Shown piece after piece: positions 1 through 11,672 of a stretch of 40,287 bases of DNA. Positions within the stretch are counted from its first letter, which is position 1. Every line of letters starts with the position of its first letter. The translations under genes and the position numbers were made by a program. The stretch is from positions 1-40,287 of the forward strand of contig KZ538918.1 in NCBI GenBank assembly GCA_000934665.2, written 5' to 3'. The notes beneath the pieces are model-generated. The model did not search any database and was not told the origin of the DNA. It saw nothing but the letters and a program-made list of their open reading frames with translations. Origin of the DNA: Catajapyx aquilonaris (taxonomy: Eukaryota).

Positions 1-97
1 ATTACGCCATTTTTGAAATGTACCATCTTTTCCGGAAAAGTACCATTTATTTCGAGGGTTGGTACCATTTACTCGATCTCACGATCTGGCAACTCTG
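1..97 (-). mobile_element. Terminal fragment of a hAT-like MITE (end CAGAGTTGCCAGAT), truncated by the window start
   Basis: ATCTGGCAACTCTG at 84-97 is the reverse complement of CAGAGTTGCCAGAT, a terminus type common in insect MITEs. It is preceded by three GTACCAT subterminal-like repeats. The partner TIR is outside the window. Confidence 0.4.
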
Positions 98-573
98 CCC
101 CCGCCGGAATAGCAGCGACGGTTATTAAAAGCAGCGTCGCTTCTGGACCTGGTTCTGGTTTCTGATGCTGTTGTTTTCAAAAAGGTAATAATAATAATAC
201 GGGTGATAGGGAGAGGCAGGTGTACACAGAACAGTGTGGGGCCAAAGTACCTCAGTGCCCAGGTGCGGCACTCTCCCGGGGTGCCTTGGAGGGGGGAATG
301 AATGGGGTGGGTGCAGACTAGTCTGGACGTGTAACCAACCATTCCAACATGGGTTACCCTCAGCTCAAGCTGGACGGATCGTTCGACGTGCGACCCGGCT
401 GGATCGAGTAGGACCGACGTGCTCGCTTCGGACCTCTTGTAGCGTGGCCAGGTCTGGGCGTACGTAAGGAAGGGGCGCTCGCTGGAAGGACACACAGGCC
501 CAGCACGCATCCAGCACGCATCCAGTAGCTAGGGGAGGGCAGGTGGTCCATCACCTGTTGAGGCACCACCACC

Positions 574-3500
574 ATGCTCTCTGTCTTGAGTGAGTTGTGC
601 AGGGCGTTAACCCCCCCAACTAGGCTGCCTTCACATTGACACGCTTTGACACTCCAGAAACTTTAGAAACCAGGCCTCGTTCAGTGTCCAACCAGTCATT
701 CCGTAACCACCACTTTTGGGTAGCAATTCATTCCTGTGCCACCACCAACCCTCTCCTGTAGTTTATTCCTTCCCAGAGAGTTTGCAGACATGTTTTTCTT
801 GAAGAATTAGCTCTAATTTTCATAGAGTATGAGACTGTGAATTTTAAAATCATAATTTATCTGATTTTGGGATGATCTTGTTTTCTTTCAGGTACAAACA
901 CGGCAGAAAGACATCCAAAGCGCAAGCCCAGCCCATTATGGAGCTACTTCACCAAGACAGAGGAGGAAGGTGTGGCCACTTGCGACGTCTGCAAGAAGTC
1001 CGTGGCCTGCCGCACCACCATATCCAACCTGAAAGCCCACCTGCGCATCCACCACCCTACGTTATATCTGGAGGTTACCGGTGGAATTGTGGAGGCTGAC
1101 TCGGATGGCGAGGTTGCAATGTCCTTTGTTGTGGTTGAATCGCCGTCTGATTCTCCTGGGCAACAAGGAAACCCAGTCACTTTGATAGTTCCAACCTCTT
1201 CTGCAGCCGAGTTACTTGCTACTAAGAAGATACCACCGCCACCTCGCAGGGTGGACAAGCGATTCAGTGACATGTGGCGGCACTTCTCAGATGTCTGCCC
1301 CAAGCAGGGGATTGCCATGTGCAAGCTGTGCCGAAGAAAATTTTCCTACCAGACGTCAATTTCAAACCTGCGGCAACATATGAGGAACAAGCACAAATTT
1401 GTAAAGGTGGACACTGATGTAGCTCCAGACTTGGTTCCTTCTGATGCAGAGTTGGCTATTTTGCATGCTGCAGCTGCTACAGGTACTATAGCTGTGAGCC
1501 CACCCGAAACCTCAGGTGAAGGGTCTCTTGTGATTAAGAAGAAGAGGCCACGAGGGAAGAAGGGCACTGGAGCACCACGGAAGCGTCCTGCTGATCAGCC
1601 CAAGCCAGATTTCACAAAGCCCCTTAAGGTAAGAGTGGATAACTTGAGACCTCAATTGAAAAACTTAAGCTCACTTGAGCATGACTGAGCAAAGTGAGGT
1701 TCTAAAATTTTCTTCCTGAAGAAACTGCTGGAGTTTAGTTGCAGGTTGGTTGCAAACAGCAGTGTAAATTTTCCGTTATGGCACCTTGCATTATTAAAAA
1801 TACCCAATTACATGGTTTTTTCTCCATATTTTTAGAATACTCACAAAAACATTACATTTTTGTGAGTGTGAAAATAAATGCCGATGATGATTTTCATTGT
1901 AAATATTTGCATGTGATTCTGAGCCAGTATAAAAATTATATTGAGCAATACGATCAATTGTGCATTCTTGAATTGGCGAAGAATTTTTGAAGCTCCAATT
2001 GTGTAGCTGATTATTTTCTGCAAGAAATGCTGAAAAGGGAAATTACAAGTCCTCTTTGCAGCATATTGCATGCCAAGGTTTGGAAATGGACCTTCCAGAC
2101 ATTTTAAATATTGTATACGTTGACTAATGTTAAATATATCGGTAATGAAGTGTATTACTTCCACAGACAAAGAAGCGCTTTAGTGAGGTGTGGGACCACT
2201 TCTCAGATAGCATGGAGCACATAGGAAACGTGGTGTGTGATTTGTGCAAAAAGGAGTTCAGTGGAAACACTTCCTGCACCAACCTCAGCAAGCACATCCG
2301 CAATGTTCATCAAAACCTTTCCCTGGTTTCCCCAAGTGCCGCCCAACGGGCAGGGGGGGATGGGGATTTAGCGCTCTTTTTTGCGGCAATTGACGATGCT
2401 GACACTGACATGGCCATCCCTATTTCCACAGACCCACTTGCACCCGATGCAGTGGAAAAGCCAGAACCTGCAACACAGCATGTTATAATAACGACCACGG
2501 AACCATTATCTCCACAAAAACCAGTTACAATTACTGTACCTCAACCTCAACCTCAACCTGAATCTGCCCAGTCCCCTGAGAAAAAGAAGCGAAATCAAAA
2601 GAAAAAGCGATCCGATCGTGCCCTGGCAAAAATTTTGTACACCAACTACCTGCCCTATTCTGTTGTTGAAAGTAAGCCTTTTACCGAATTCATAAGGATA
2701 GTTAACCCGTCATACAAAATTCCAAGCAAAGAGGTAGTTGAAACCAACATAATTCAGATCCAATATGAAATGGGCGTCAGGGAAGGCCGTAGGAAAATCA
2801 GGACTGCCAGCAAGATTTGCTTGACTGCTGAAACCTGGACCTCCATCACTCAAGAAAGCTTTGTAGCCCTCACTGCTCATTTTTTGAATGAAAACATAGA
2901 GCTTGAGCAATTTATGCTGGACTGTGCCTTGGTAGAAAGGGATGGAACGTGCAGTAGTTTGGCAGCAGCAATGCGTAGAATCTCACTGGAGTGGGGAGTG
3001 GAGCGGAAGGTGTCAGCTTTGGTAACGGGTGATGACCTGGGTGCTTTGAGTGCAATGGCAGATATCCTGAAGTGGAATTACCAACCCTGCTATGCACAAA
3101 CACTCAACCAGATTGTGGAAGCTTGCCTGGAAGATGTGCTGCAAGTTAGGGAGAAAGTGAATCGCACTGTCATGGTCTTCCAGAAGGATAAGGTTGCAAG
3201 GGAAAAGCTTCTTGCTGCGCAGGTAAGTGATGAATTTTCTGCTCTATTTCTGCCTTTGGTTGTCACTTGTAAGGGCGAATGAAATGAAAGTAGGACAGTC
3301 AACCATCTGGGAACATGCTTGTAAATACACTAATTGGAAGAACAAGAACCTCGAGTCTAATTTGACCTTGCAGATTTATAGGCTCTCTTATAATTTGCCA
3401 GAACTCGCGTAGTTTCAGCAACATGCTACCCTGTAATTTTAAAAAGAGGCTGTCCAAACACATAAACATTCACCAATGAACCTTTTTTCTACAGAGACCT

Positions 3501-5119
3501 AACAACATTTTACTCCTTACAGATGAATCTGGGTGATGAATTTAAGCCTCTGTTCAAAGAATCTGGCTTATGCTGGACCCATGCTTTGACCATGTTTCGT
3601 CGCTTCATGGAGCTGGAAGTCCCACTGAAGATTGCTACAGGTCTTTTGGTGCATATGCACAATTTACCTGTTTTCAGTAGCAATGACTGGCGTACCATCA
3701 AAGGCCTCGTGGAGGTGCTGACACCCCTGGAAGATGTCACATCAGAATTAAATACTGAAGGGTACATCCTTGGTTCACAAGTCATCTTGTTGAGTCACCG
3801 CCTCCTGACATTGTGTGCTGAGCTCAAAGCGAGGGACTACAATGATGAGGTCCAGAACTTTGTGAATCGTTTTGACATTGGGATCACAAATGCTATACCA
3901 GCATTGACTGCCAACGAAGACTTAGCCCTTGCAGCCTTTCTGGATCCCCGAGTGAAGCTGCTTGCTTTCCCTGAAGACAATGCAGTGGGCAAGATAATCA
4001 ATGATATCCATTCCCTCTTGACCTACTACGCATCACTTTCCCGAAGCACCCAAGCATCCCAATCTGCTGCAACTTCACAAGAATGGTTGTCCGGTGACCT
4101 TCCAAGTTGGTCGGAATTTCGTGTGGAGGTTGCTGAACCTCAGCAGGTTGAGCTTCCTGATACTACTGCTACTGATGAGTTGCAGAGGTGAGGAATCATT
4201 TCCATTCCATTCAATTTGCATCACCATATCGCTTTCTGACCAGGTCGTAGATAAAAATCTTAGTTTTGAAGCTGATCCATTCATGATTATGAGTGATATG
4301 GCCTGCTCATATATTTCAGAAAAACTTTTTTTATTCATTTGATCTGAATCGCTTATCAAAATTAGAATTATTACTCATTAATGGCGAAGGAGACAAATAG
4401 TGAAAAGTGAGCTTTATATTTTTCGTGGGATGCAATAATCGCCAGTGCAAGTGGTTTCTAAAATATTTGATGAAAGAATGACACTAAGTTTTTTCTTATC
4501 TGCTTTCTGCCTATATGCAAAAATATGGACATTCATTTTGTGGAATGTTTGCAATTTTTTGCCATTCAAAACATCCATAGTGTTAGGAACAGTCTTCCAG
4601 TGTTCATTTTCATTTTTATGGCCATGGTGTATGATGAATTTTCCGATTTGAATATTGGTCACTGAAACCCCTTCAATGATAATACTGTAATCACTAATGC
4701 TTACAAAACAATTACCATGCCTGGGAGGGGCTTTTTTGTTGCTTTTCGATGTTTTCCTGTTAGTGTTAACCTGTAATGACTCTATGGACTGAAATCTATA
4801 GGTCGAGGACACCACGAAACATAAATCCTTGGTTACAAGTAATTGACTGGCACCACTGCAATTTCTTTCCATTGGCAGGTACCTTGATGAGCCAAACCTG
4901 GAGCGCGAAGGAGATCTTTTCGAATGGTGGCGAGAGAGGAAGTCCACTTTCCCCCTCCTCATTACCATTGCCAAGGAAAAGCTGTGCATGATGGCCACTT
5001 CTTTGCCTTGTGGCCACTTTTTCACAGATCAGCAATTCCTACTAAATGAGCATCGCAGCAGACTTAGTTGTAGTGAAGTGAAGAAGCTGCATTTTTTGAA
5101 TGCAAATTTGAAGATATGA
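574..5119 (+). CDS. ZBED-like protein: three BED zinc fingers, degenerate hAT transposase core and hATC dimerisation domain (domesticated transposase), about 904 aa, 5 exons
   Basis: Exons 574-589 (candidate start ACCACCATG, donor A|GTGAGT; least certain), 892-1628, 2167-3222, 3523-4187 and 4879-5119, all GT-AG with matching phases (1,0,0,2). BED fingers: SPLWSYF..CDVC..NLKAHLRIHH; SDMWRHF..CKLC..NLRQHMRNKH; SEVWDHF..CDLC..NLSKHIRNVH. hAT motifs: LPYSVVESKPF, LTAETWTS, FVALTAHF, CYAQTLN, AAFLDPR. Last exon reads YLDEP..FEWWRERKSTFPLL..ATS..RSRL..FLNAN then TGA. Confidence 0.88.
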
Positions 5120-6877
5120 AGATCATAGTTACTTCCTGCAAGAGGAACTGCAAGCATATAATTGATCTGAAGTTACTTGCAAGCACAAGTACTTTTCAAA
5201 CATGGACAATCAGCCACATAAAGTTACTGGTGGTTCCTTCCAAGTCAGTGTAGAATGTGTTACAAAATTGCTATGTATTCTGACATCTTGTATGCTTTAA
5301 TGTCAGGGGAGCTGACAATTTATCAGTGCATTCCACACAGGGACCGGTAAGAAATGTGTGGTAGTCAAACTTGTGTAGATCGGTCAACATCAGAATGGAA
5401 CTGATTGAGCATCGCCGTGGATGCAATACTGGAATCTGAAGTGATCTGTATGGCCATGCCAGTGTCAGATCACTTCTCATTCCAGGATTGCATCCTCTGC
5501 GCCACACTCTGTTGCGTTATGTTGACCGATCTATAGTCATCTGTGCAGTGGGGTATTGCATTAGAAAGTGGTGATTAGAGAAGCACAAGTGCCTTGCACC
5601 TGACAAGAGCATCAAGTGAGTGGCCCCATGAGATGCATAATCTTGAAGAGGTCCAGCACTCCTCACTCCTACTTGAGCAAACCTACAAAGTAGCAATGTA
5701 CTCAATATTAATCTGCATGTTTCTCATTTGTATAGTCATGGACAGTGAAACTTGAAGACTAGAATCCAGAACCAACAATATTCTCCACTTTCCATGTAGT
5801 ACTGTTGCACATATTCCTATTTTCTCTATATTGTGCCCTATCCTGCACAGCAGAGGTAACTTACCCGATGGAATAGCTACCATGTAAATAGGGAAGTGCT
5901 TTTGATTTTTAAATGTATAAAATTAATCCTCATCTGTAGAAACTTGGGGAAGGCTTTTCTACATGGCTGTCAAGTCATTCTGGACCCTGGGAATGTGTTG
6001 GATTTTTCTTTTGACTGTGGGAAGAGAAGGAATGGCAAGCCTGTCAGTAAGAAAGTGGAATAGACCCAACTAAGCATAGATAGTGGGGATGGAATTCGAA
6101 CATCGGATCTCATGCTTGGCTTGTCTGGCGTAATTGCTAGACCACTGCCTCTCTCCTCCCCTCCCCATGGTGACGTGGCTAAAATGTTACGCATAAACAA
6201 TGTTGCCCCATGCGTAAGTTCCTCTGATGTCCAGAGCTGCCTCTATGATTGAAAAATGAGGCAAAACATATTGTATTGAGGAGCATGTTTCACTGTTATA
6301 ATGGACAAAATAAAATTGTCAGCTTGAGGCGGCATCTTACCATATATTTTACTGATGTATACTGGCATGCATGTGAATAAAATGCTCAACTTAGGAGAGG
6401 CTTTCCATTGTGCTCCTGCATTAATGTAGGAAGTTGCCGTTATAGGTGTGGCATAATAAGGGCAATTCTTCATTAGTGTAAGGTAAGTTGCAAAGTGGCC
6501 ACTCTGACTGATGTGGTAGGTAGAGTAGCAGTCAAAAGCTTTATAAAAATTAATTATTCCAATAACTTCTTTGTCTGCTTTTCCTGCAGTTGTTTCTTGG
6601 TCACAGCATCATTCTGTGTGTATTTGATTACTTAATTGAAATAAAATAACTGGGAAGCTTGCACTTTTTAGGGGGAAATCATGGCAGACAAAAGGTTTTG
6701 TAATATAATTTTAACATCACTTAACTGTATGCCAATATCAAAGATAAATTAACGATATGACTATTTTGTGGCATAGCTATCACAGCTGATCATCTTAATC
6801 GTCATATAATCAATGTGCAACAATAATTCATGGGTAATATAAAATTGTATTGATAACAGTGTATGGGTCATTGTTAT

Positions 6878-6965
6878 CGGTTGGAATTTTCGTCCCACTG
6901 CTAACTTAGCCGTACAAGTTCCAACACTCTCTGGTACTGCTACAGTGGGACAAAAATTCCACCTG
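6878..6965. mobile_element. Short MITE, diverged copy of the 11673 element family
   Basis: Inverted arms TGGAATTTTCGTCCCACTG (6882-6900) and CAGTGGGACAAAAATTCCA (6943-6961), one mismatch. Shares terminal sequence and internal GGTACTGC with the 11673-11775 element. Confidence 0.6.
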
Positions 6966-7260
6966 TTAATTGTTTTTGTTACCACAACCTCCTGGACTTG
7001 TCAGTTACCTTCAAATCACAGTCTCAAGGAAGGTAGTTTTGATCTAACACACGAAGTTAGTGTGATCTGCACAAAAATGAAAACTAGTGATAATGTATCA
7101 TACATTAATCTAACCCACTTTATAAGCACTGCAGTCTACTGCCAATGTGGCATTGGGCCCTTTCCGGCATGTATTCTGGAATTTTCCCCTTTGTCATTCA
7201 GTTTTTACAGTTTAGCCTAACAATGATGCTTGGAAAGTTTAAAGATTAAATTAGGCAGGA

Positions 7261-7730
7261 GAGAAGCAATTCCATTGAAATGGCCCCTCGCAGAAGAGAA
7301 GCAATTGCAATACTACCAGAAAGTGGAGAAGCCATTCTATAGAATTACTCCTCTCCAGAGAGAAACCCGTTACCTGAAATCGCTCCCCGGAGAGAAACCC
7401 CTTTACTGAATGGGCTCCTCTCCCGAGGGAGCATATTTAACAAATTGTCTCCTCCCCTGAGAGAAGTCCATTCAGTGAATTGGCTTCTCTCCGGGCACAC
7501 AGTCACTGAATTGGCTTCTCTCCGGTGAGAAGCCAATCGACTGAATTGGCGTCCCTCCGTGGAGAAGCCAGCCGGCTGAATTGGCTTCCCTCCGGTGAGA
7601 AGCCATTTACCGAAATGGTTTTTCTCCGGTGAGAAGCCATTTACTGAATTAGCTTCTCTCCGGTGAGAAGCCATTTACCGAAATGGTTTCTTTTCGGGGA
7701 GAAGCCAATTGCCTGAATTGGCTACCCTCT
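7261..7730. repeat. Minisatellite, about 14 copies of a 34-35 bp internally palindromic unit
   Basis: Consensus GAGAAGCCATTTACTGAATTGGCTTCTCTCCGGT. Unit starts at about 7261, 7296, 7326, 7360, 7392, 7461, 7527, 7562, 7597, 7631, 7665 and 7699, plus two degenerate units near 7427 and 7493. Confidence 0.9.
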
Positions 7731-9639
7731 TTGTTTACGACGTTCCATTGGGCCAATCCGACTTCCACTCTCCTGTTATTATGTTGTGGGTTGTGGGTTG
7801 AAGAGGTGGAAGGGTAGAGGGGTTTCACAGGAAAGATGTGTCCTCGTTGACGTCTTGGTTGACGTCCGGCAAGCGACTGTGGCGTTCTTCTACCCATTGT
7901 GCATGCTCGGAAGCGGAACTGGGGTCGATCGGAGGCGTCATGGTAACAATACGTCGCAGTAACAATGGACGAGGTCCAATAGGAAGAAGCGGCGGCAACG
8001 ATAACAGGGGGACCAATCAGAAGGCTGCTCCAAACACTTTAGGATTATGGAAATTAAATTTTTCCATACCATTACAATTTATGAACACAACACAGCAGTC
8101 TTGGTTGATTATTTTTTTGTTGACTCATAACTCACTCTGCATTAGCTGGTTGTTCTCATAATTACAGGGTTGTCATTTCCCAATAACAAGGGTATGCAAC
8201 TATATGATGACATATTCTGGGAAGCTCCCGGGTATTCCAAATTCGCGTGCTAAAGGACCTGTTCAAGCAGCCCCGCTACCTAAACGGCAACCATCTTGCG
8301 CATCTTGTAGTGTATAATCTATGCACATGCTATGCACCTAGTTTTACGCTAAAGGCCGCTGTGTTCGCCACTGACTGTATCTTTGATGTGGTAGGGGTTG
8401 CCACCTAGAGGCCTTGGTAGGATTCAAAACATGTAATCACGTGGTGAACTGTTTTATTAGTTGATTTAGACTTAGGAAAACTCGTGTGGTTTTTACCCCG
8501 TAAAATTGTTGTAAGAATATTCGTGTGAGACAAATGCCGGGTCCGGGAACCGATATGCGAAATGCAAGCCCCATCGAGATATCACGCGTTTGCCCAATCG
8601 CGTATCTCTCCCTCACTCCCTCTCCACTCTCTCTCACTCTGCCCTAAAAGAGAGAGAGGTGAAAGAGGGGCGGACTCGCCGGACTCAAGATGGGGTTCGT
8701 TTGCAAAGCAAGGCCGAACTCTTTCTCCAAACTGATGAAGGTCACCCGAGGTCACCCTTTAGAATCATTCTTCCATTGAATGACATATATTAGAGTGGCT
8801 GGACAGCCACATTTTGATCCAACTCCCCTGCGTTGCCAAGTTTCAGTGATCTGCTCCAATCTAATTGACACGAATCATTGAGCCATGTGGGTGGCCTTTC
8901 TTTGCCAGGATAACTTTGAACAGGTCCTTTCCGGAAGTATAATTTTATATCATTTTAAAGTCAATTTGCGGTAAGAAGTGTTAAACCTAGAAGTTCATGT
9001 GTCAATAGGACCATGGATGTGGCTGAAGATAAGGTTGTTTGTTTGGATATGTGTAAATGGCGTAGGTTAATTAATGAGTAGAATATTCACGGGTTTGTGA
9101 GGAATGGCAGTGTCCATTGAATTTTTCTGAAGGGCTAGAATGTTTGCAGGTTGGTGGGAGGATTCGGCATCTGGAAGTTCATACTCGGGCTCTGGGTGCT
9201 GTGCAGAACTACAAGTTTGGCATATATCTCTTGCACAGTAATGCATATGTAGACACCGGTAGTGATTCTTGCAAGGGTGTCTGCCTCTGTCTCTGTCCTG
9301 CACAGCGCTTGGAGTTCGGGTGTGGATTTCCGTATGCTGGTTCTTCTCGCTGGCCTGTGGGTGTTCGGGTCGTTTGTGGAGGAGAATATTCTAGTCACTT
9401 GGAGGAATTTAACTGTTGCTGATTCCTCTTCCAGGAGGGGGGATTTCTCAAGTACCACGTTGCATAGTCGTGTAATATTTAAATTTAATATTTAATATAG
9501 AGAGTTTGTCGTCTGAGATGGTCAAGGGTGGGGGGGGGGGGTGGATGGGTGGTTTATAGGTTTAATTTAGTTCATATCTTAGGTTAGCTTGTGGCTCCCG
9601 TCATCGCTGACTACCCCTTATAGGGAAATGTCGTGATGG

Positions 9640-9640
<1 letters not shown>

Positions 9641-9685
<45 letters not shown>
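9641..9685. repeat. (GTT)15 microsatellite
   Basis: Perfect trinucleotide run read directly from the sequence. Confidence 0.95.
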
Positions 9686-9883
9686 AAAGTCCATATCCAA
9701 TTATTGGAAAATGTAATCAAGTTTTTATGAAATACCAAGCCTCTAAAATGCACTTCACTCGAAATTAATTTCCAGTACCGATATTTTACACAATAATGCT
9801 TTCTGGAAATGAGAAGGGACATACCTCCTGTTAATACTGCAGTGAAACTTTACAACTTCCAAGAGGTTAGCTATCTACTGCTA

Positions 9884-10130
9884 GCTTGTAGCAGGTGAAT
9901 GGTTAGCGTCGCGTCGCCTCTTGCTAATAGTAAGGGCCCACGTTAGATCCTAGACAGGAGGGATTCCCCCCCCCCCCCNCCCCCCCCCCCCCCCAACCCT
10001 CTATTAAATAAGTGAGATAGAAGTTGCGGACGTTGCGGCAGCACAAGATGTCATCGCCCATACAGACCACGATCCATACTGTGATCCAGATGGATTCGAC
10101 GACATGATTTCCTCTTATAAAATAAAAATA
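9884..10130 (+). mobile_element. Degenerate tRNA-derived SINE copy
   Basis: The head (GTAGCAGGTGAATGGTTAGCGTC..CTTGCT..AAGGGCCCACGTTAGATCC) aligns by eye with the 13383 SINE head. The segment ends in an A-rich tail, AAAATAAAAATA. No clear TSD. Confidence 0.4.
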
Positions 10131-10744
10131 CCGCCTGCCTTGGGAAGGGGTCGAGGGTGCTGGAGTAGGGGGATTAGGAGACGTTCTGCAGATAGTCCGC
10201 GATATTCAACTGGGCACCACCATTGCATTCAGTGGCCGCCTTATATTTATTTTAATACACGAAAAAAATGATGTACTGTGCCCAAAGAGGTATCTAACCT
10301 CTGTCCTCGTAAACAGTAAGCGACGCCGACGCCTCTATCAACTCGCCTACTACTTTTCAACTCCTTACCTGCGATCCATTTTGCCAGTTCACTCTTCGTC
10401 TCAGATAGGAGATAATTATCTCTACAGCCTATTGATTGCTGAGAATCCCTATGGCATTATCCTTTTCTGTGTTTCATCAAAAACCTCATTTTAGGACCAA
10501 AGTGACCGCCCCCTCCCATTAAGGAAGGTGTCCGTATCTCCCGGCTGAGAGTCTGTTGAGTTACCACTGCCGCAACGAAATAATTGTGGGTGTTGGTCTA
10601 GCCCACGGTCTAGCCTATCTAAGTGACCGGTCCAGTACAATCTTTACAATCTAAGAGTGTGAGAGAAATGAGGTGAAGCTAAAACCATCAAAAATATTGC
10701 ATTGGTAAATAGGCTAGACGTTCCGATTGCCACACGAAAGCAGC

Positions 10745-10930
10745 TGGTGCAAGCTATCCGTGTTAGCAGCGCTCTCGACTCTCAATCTAGGGTTCCGGGT
10801 TCAAATCCCGGTTGAGAGCGAGGAAAAATATATTTGTTGCCATCAGTTCAGGCCGAGATGGCGGCGCATCCTCTTCATCCTCCGGGTCAAGGCAAAGAAG
10901 ATGAGATGGTGGGGAAGAAAGAATTAAATT
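10745..10930 (+). mobile_element. tRNA-like SINE head or tRNA pseudogene
   Basis: T-arm hairpin CCGGG-TTCAAAT-CCCGG with B box GGTTCAAATCC at 10798-10808. The A box is degenerate and there is no convincing acceptor stem. The 3' boundary is uncertain. Confidence 0.45.
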
Positions 10931-11672
10931 ATTTTTATTTCTTACACGAAGCATCAGATGAAAATATATACTATCTAAAACCGCGTCGACGATCTGCGCA
11001 TCTCCACCCACATCAGAAGCGGGTGGGGGATTTATTATTTTATTCATCCACAGAGCAGTTAATGCCACGAAACAGCGATGCCGCATGTCCGTCCTGATGA
11101 CCCCAAGGAGGTGACCACTCGCCTACGTCCCAATCACACTGATACCAGCCAACAGGGACTCCTACATTTGGCTAGGGGCATACTTGTTCACATGGAGAGA
11201 TATAGTCTACTGTATATCTATGTACTGTGCTCTGTACAGGCTCATTACGAAAGATCCGACAGATGGAGACTGAGGTAGTAGGGCCTGCCTCTGACCAAAA
11301 ACCTAATATTAGGGCCTCTTAGGTCAAAGGTAGCCTGCAACAAACCATGGGAAATGTCCCAAAAAGTGTGCTGATTCATTTGCATGTGCTGGTGACTTTA
11401 TAGGACCTATAGTTTAAATTGTATGGTTAAATATTTGGAGGGGTGATAGGTTGGAGAATGGCACTCCCTGGTATAAGACAAATGTAGGGACTATGGGGTG
11501 GGATGGACAACACAAGCGAAGCCACTTGATCATTTAATATACATTTTATTTCTTTGACTTTTTTCTTCGAAAAAAGTGACCGCCCCCTCCCATTAAGCAG
11601 GTGTCTTAAAAATTTCCAAAAATTATTCTCTCTCCCCCCCCTCTGTTTTTTTTTTTAATTATTTTTAAGACC

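Noticed and set aside
165..184. ATG at 165 with donor at 185 as ZBED coding exon 1
   Set aside because: It gives phase 2, incompatible with the phase-1 BED frame at 892. It may be a non-coding exon.
574..5119. Active autonomous hAT transposon
   Set aside because: The catalytic residues are substituted, it has four introns and three BED fingers, and there is no enclosing TIR/TSD pair. The terminus at 84-97 belongs to an element lying upstream of the gene.
7261..7730. Array as a CRISPR locus or C2H2 zinc-finger gene (TCCGGTGAGAAGCCATTT reads SGEKPF)
   Set aside because: There are no unique spacers or cas genes and the context is eukaryotic. The 34-bp unit breaks frame and encodes no Cys/His finger pattern.
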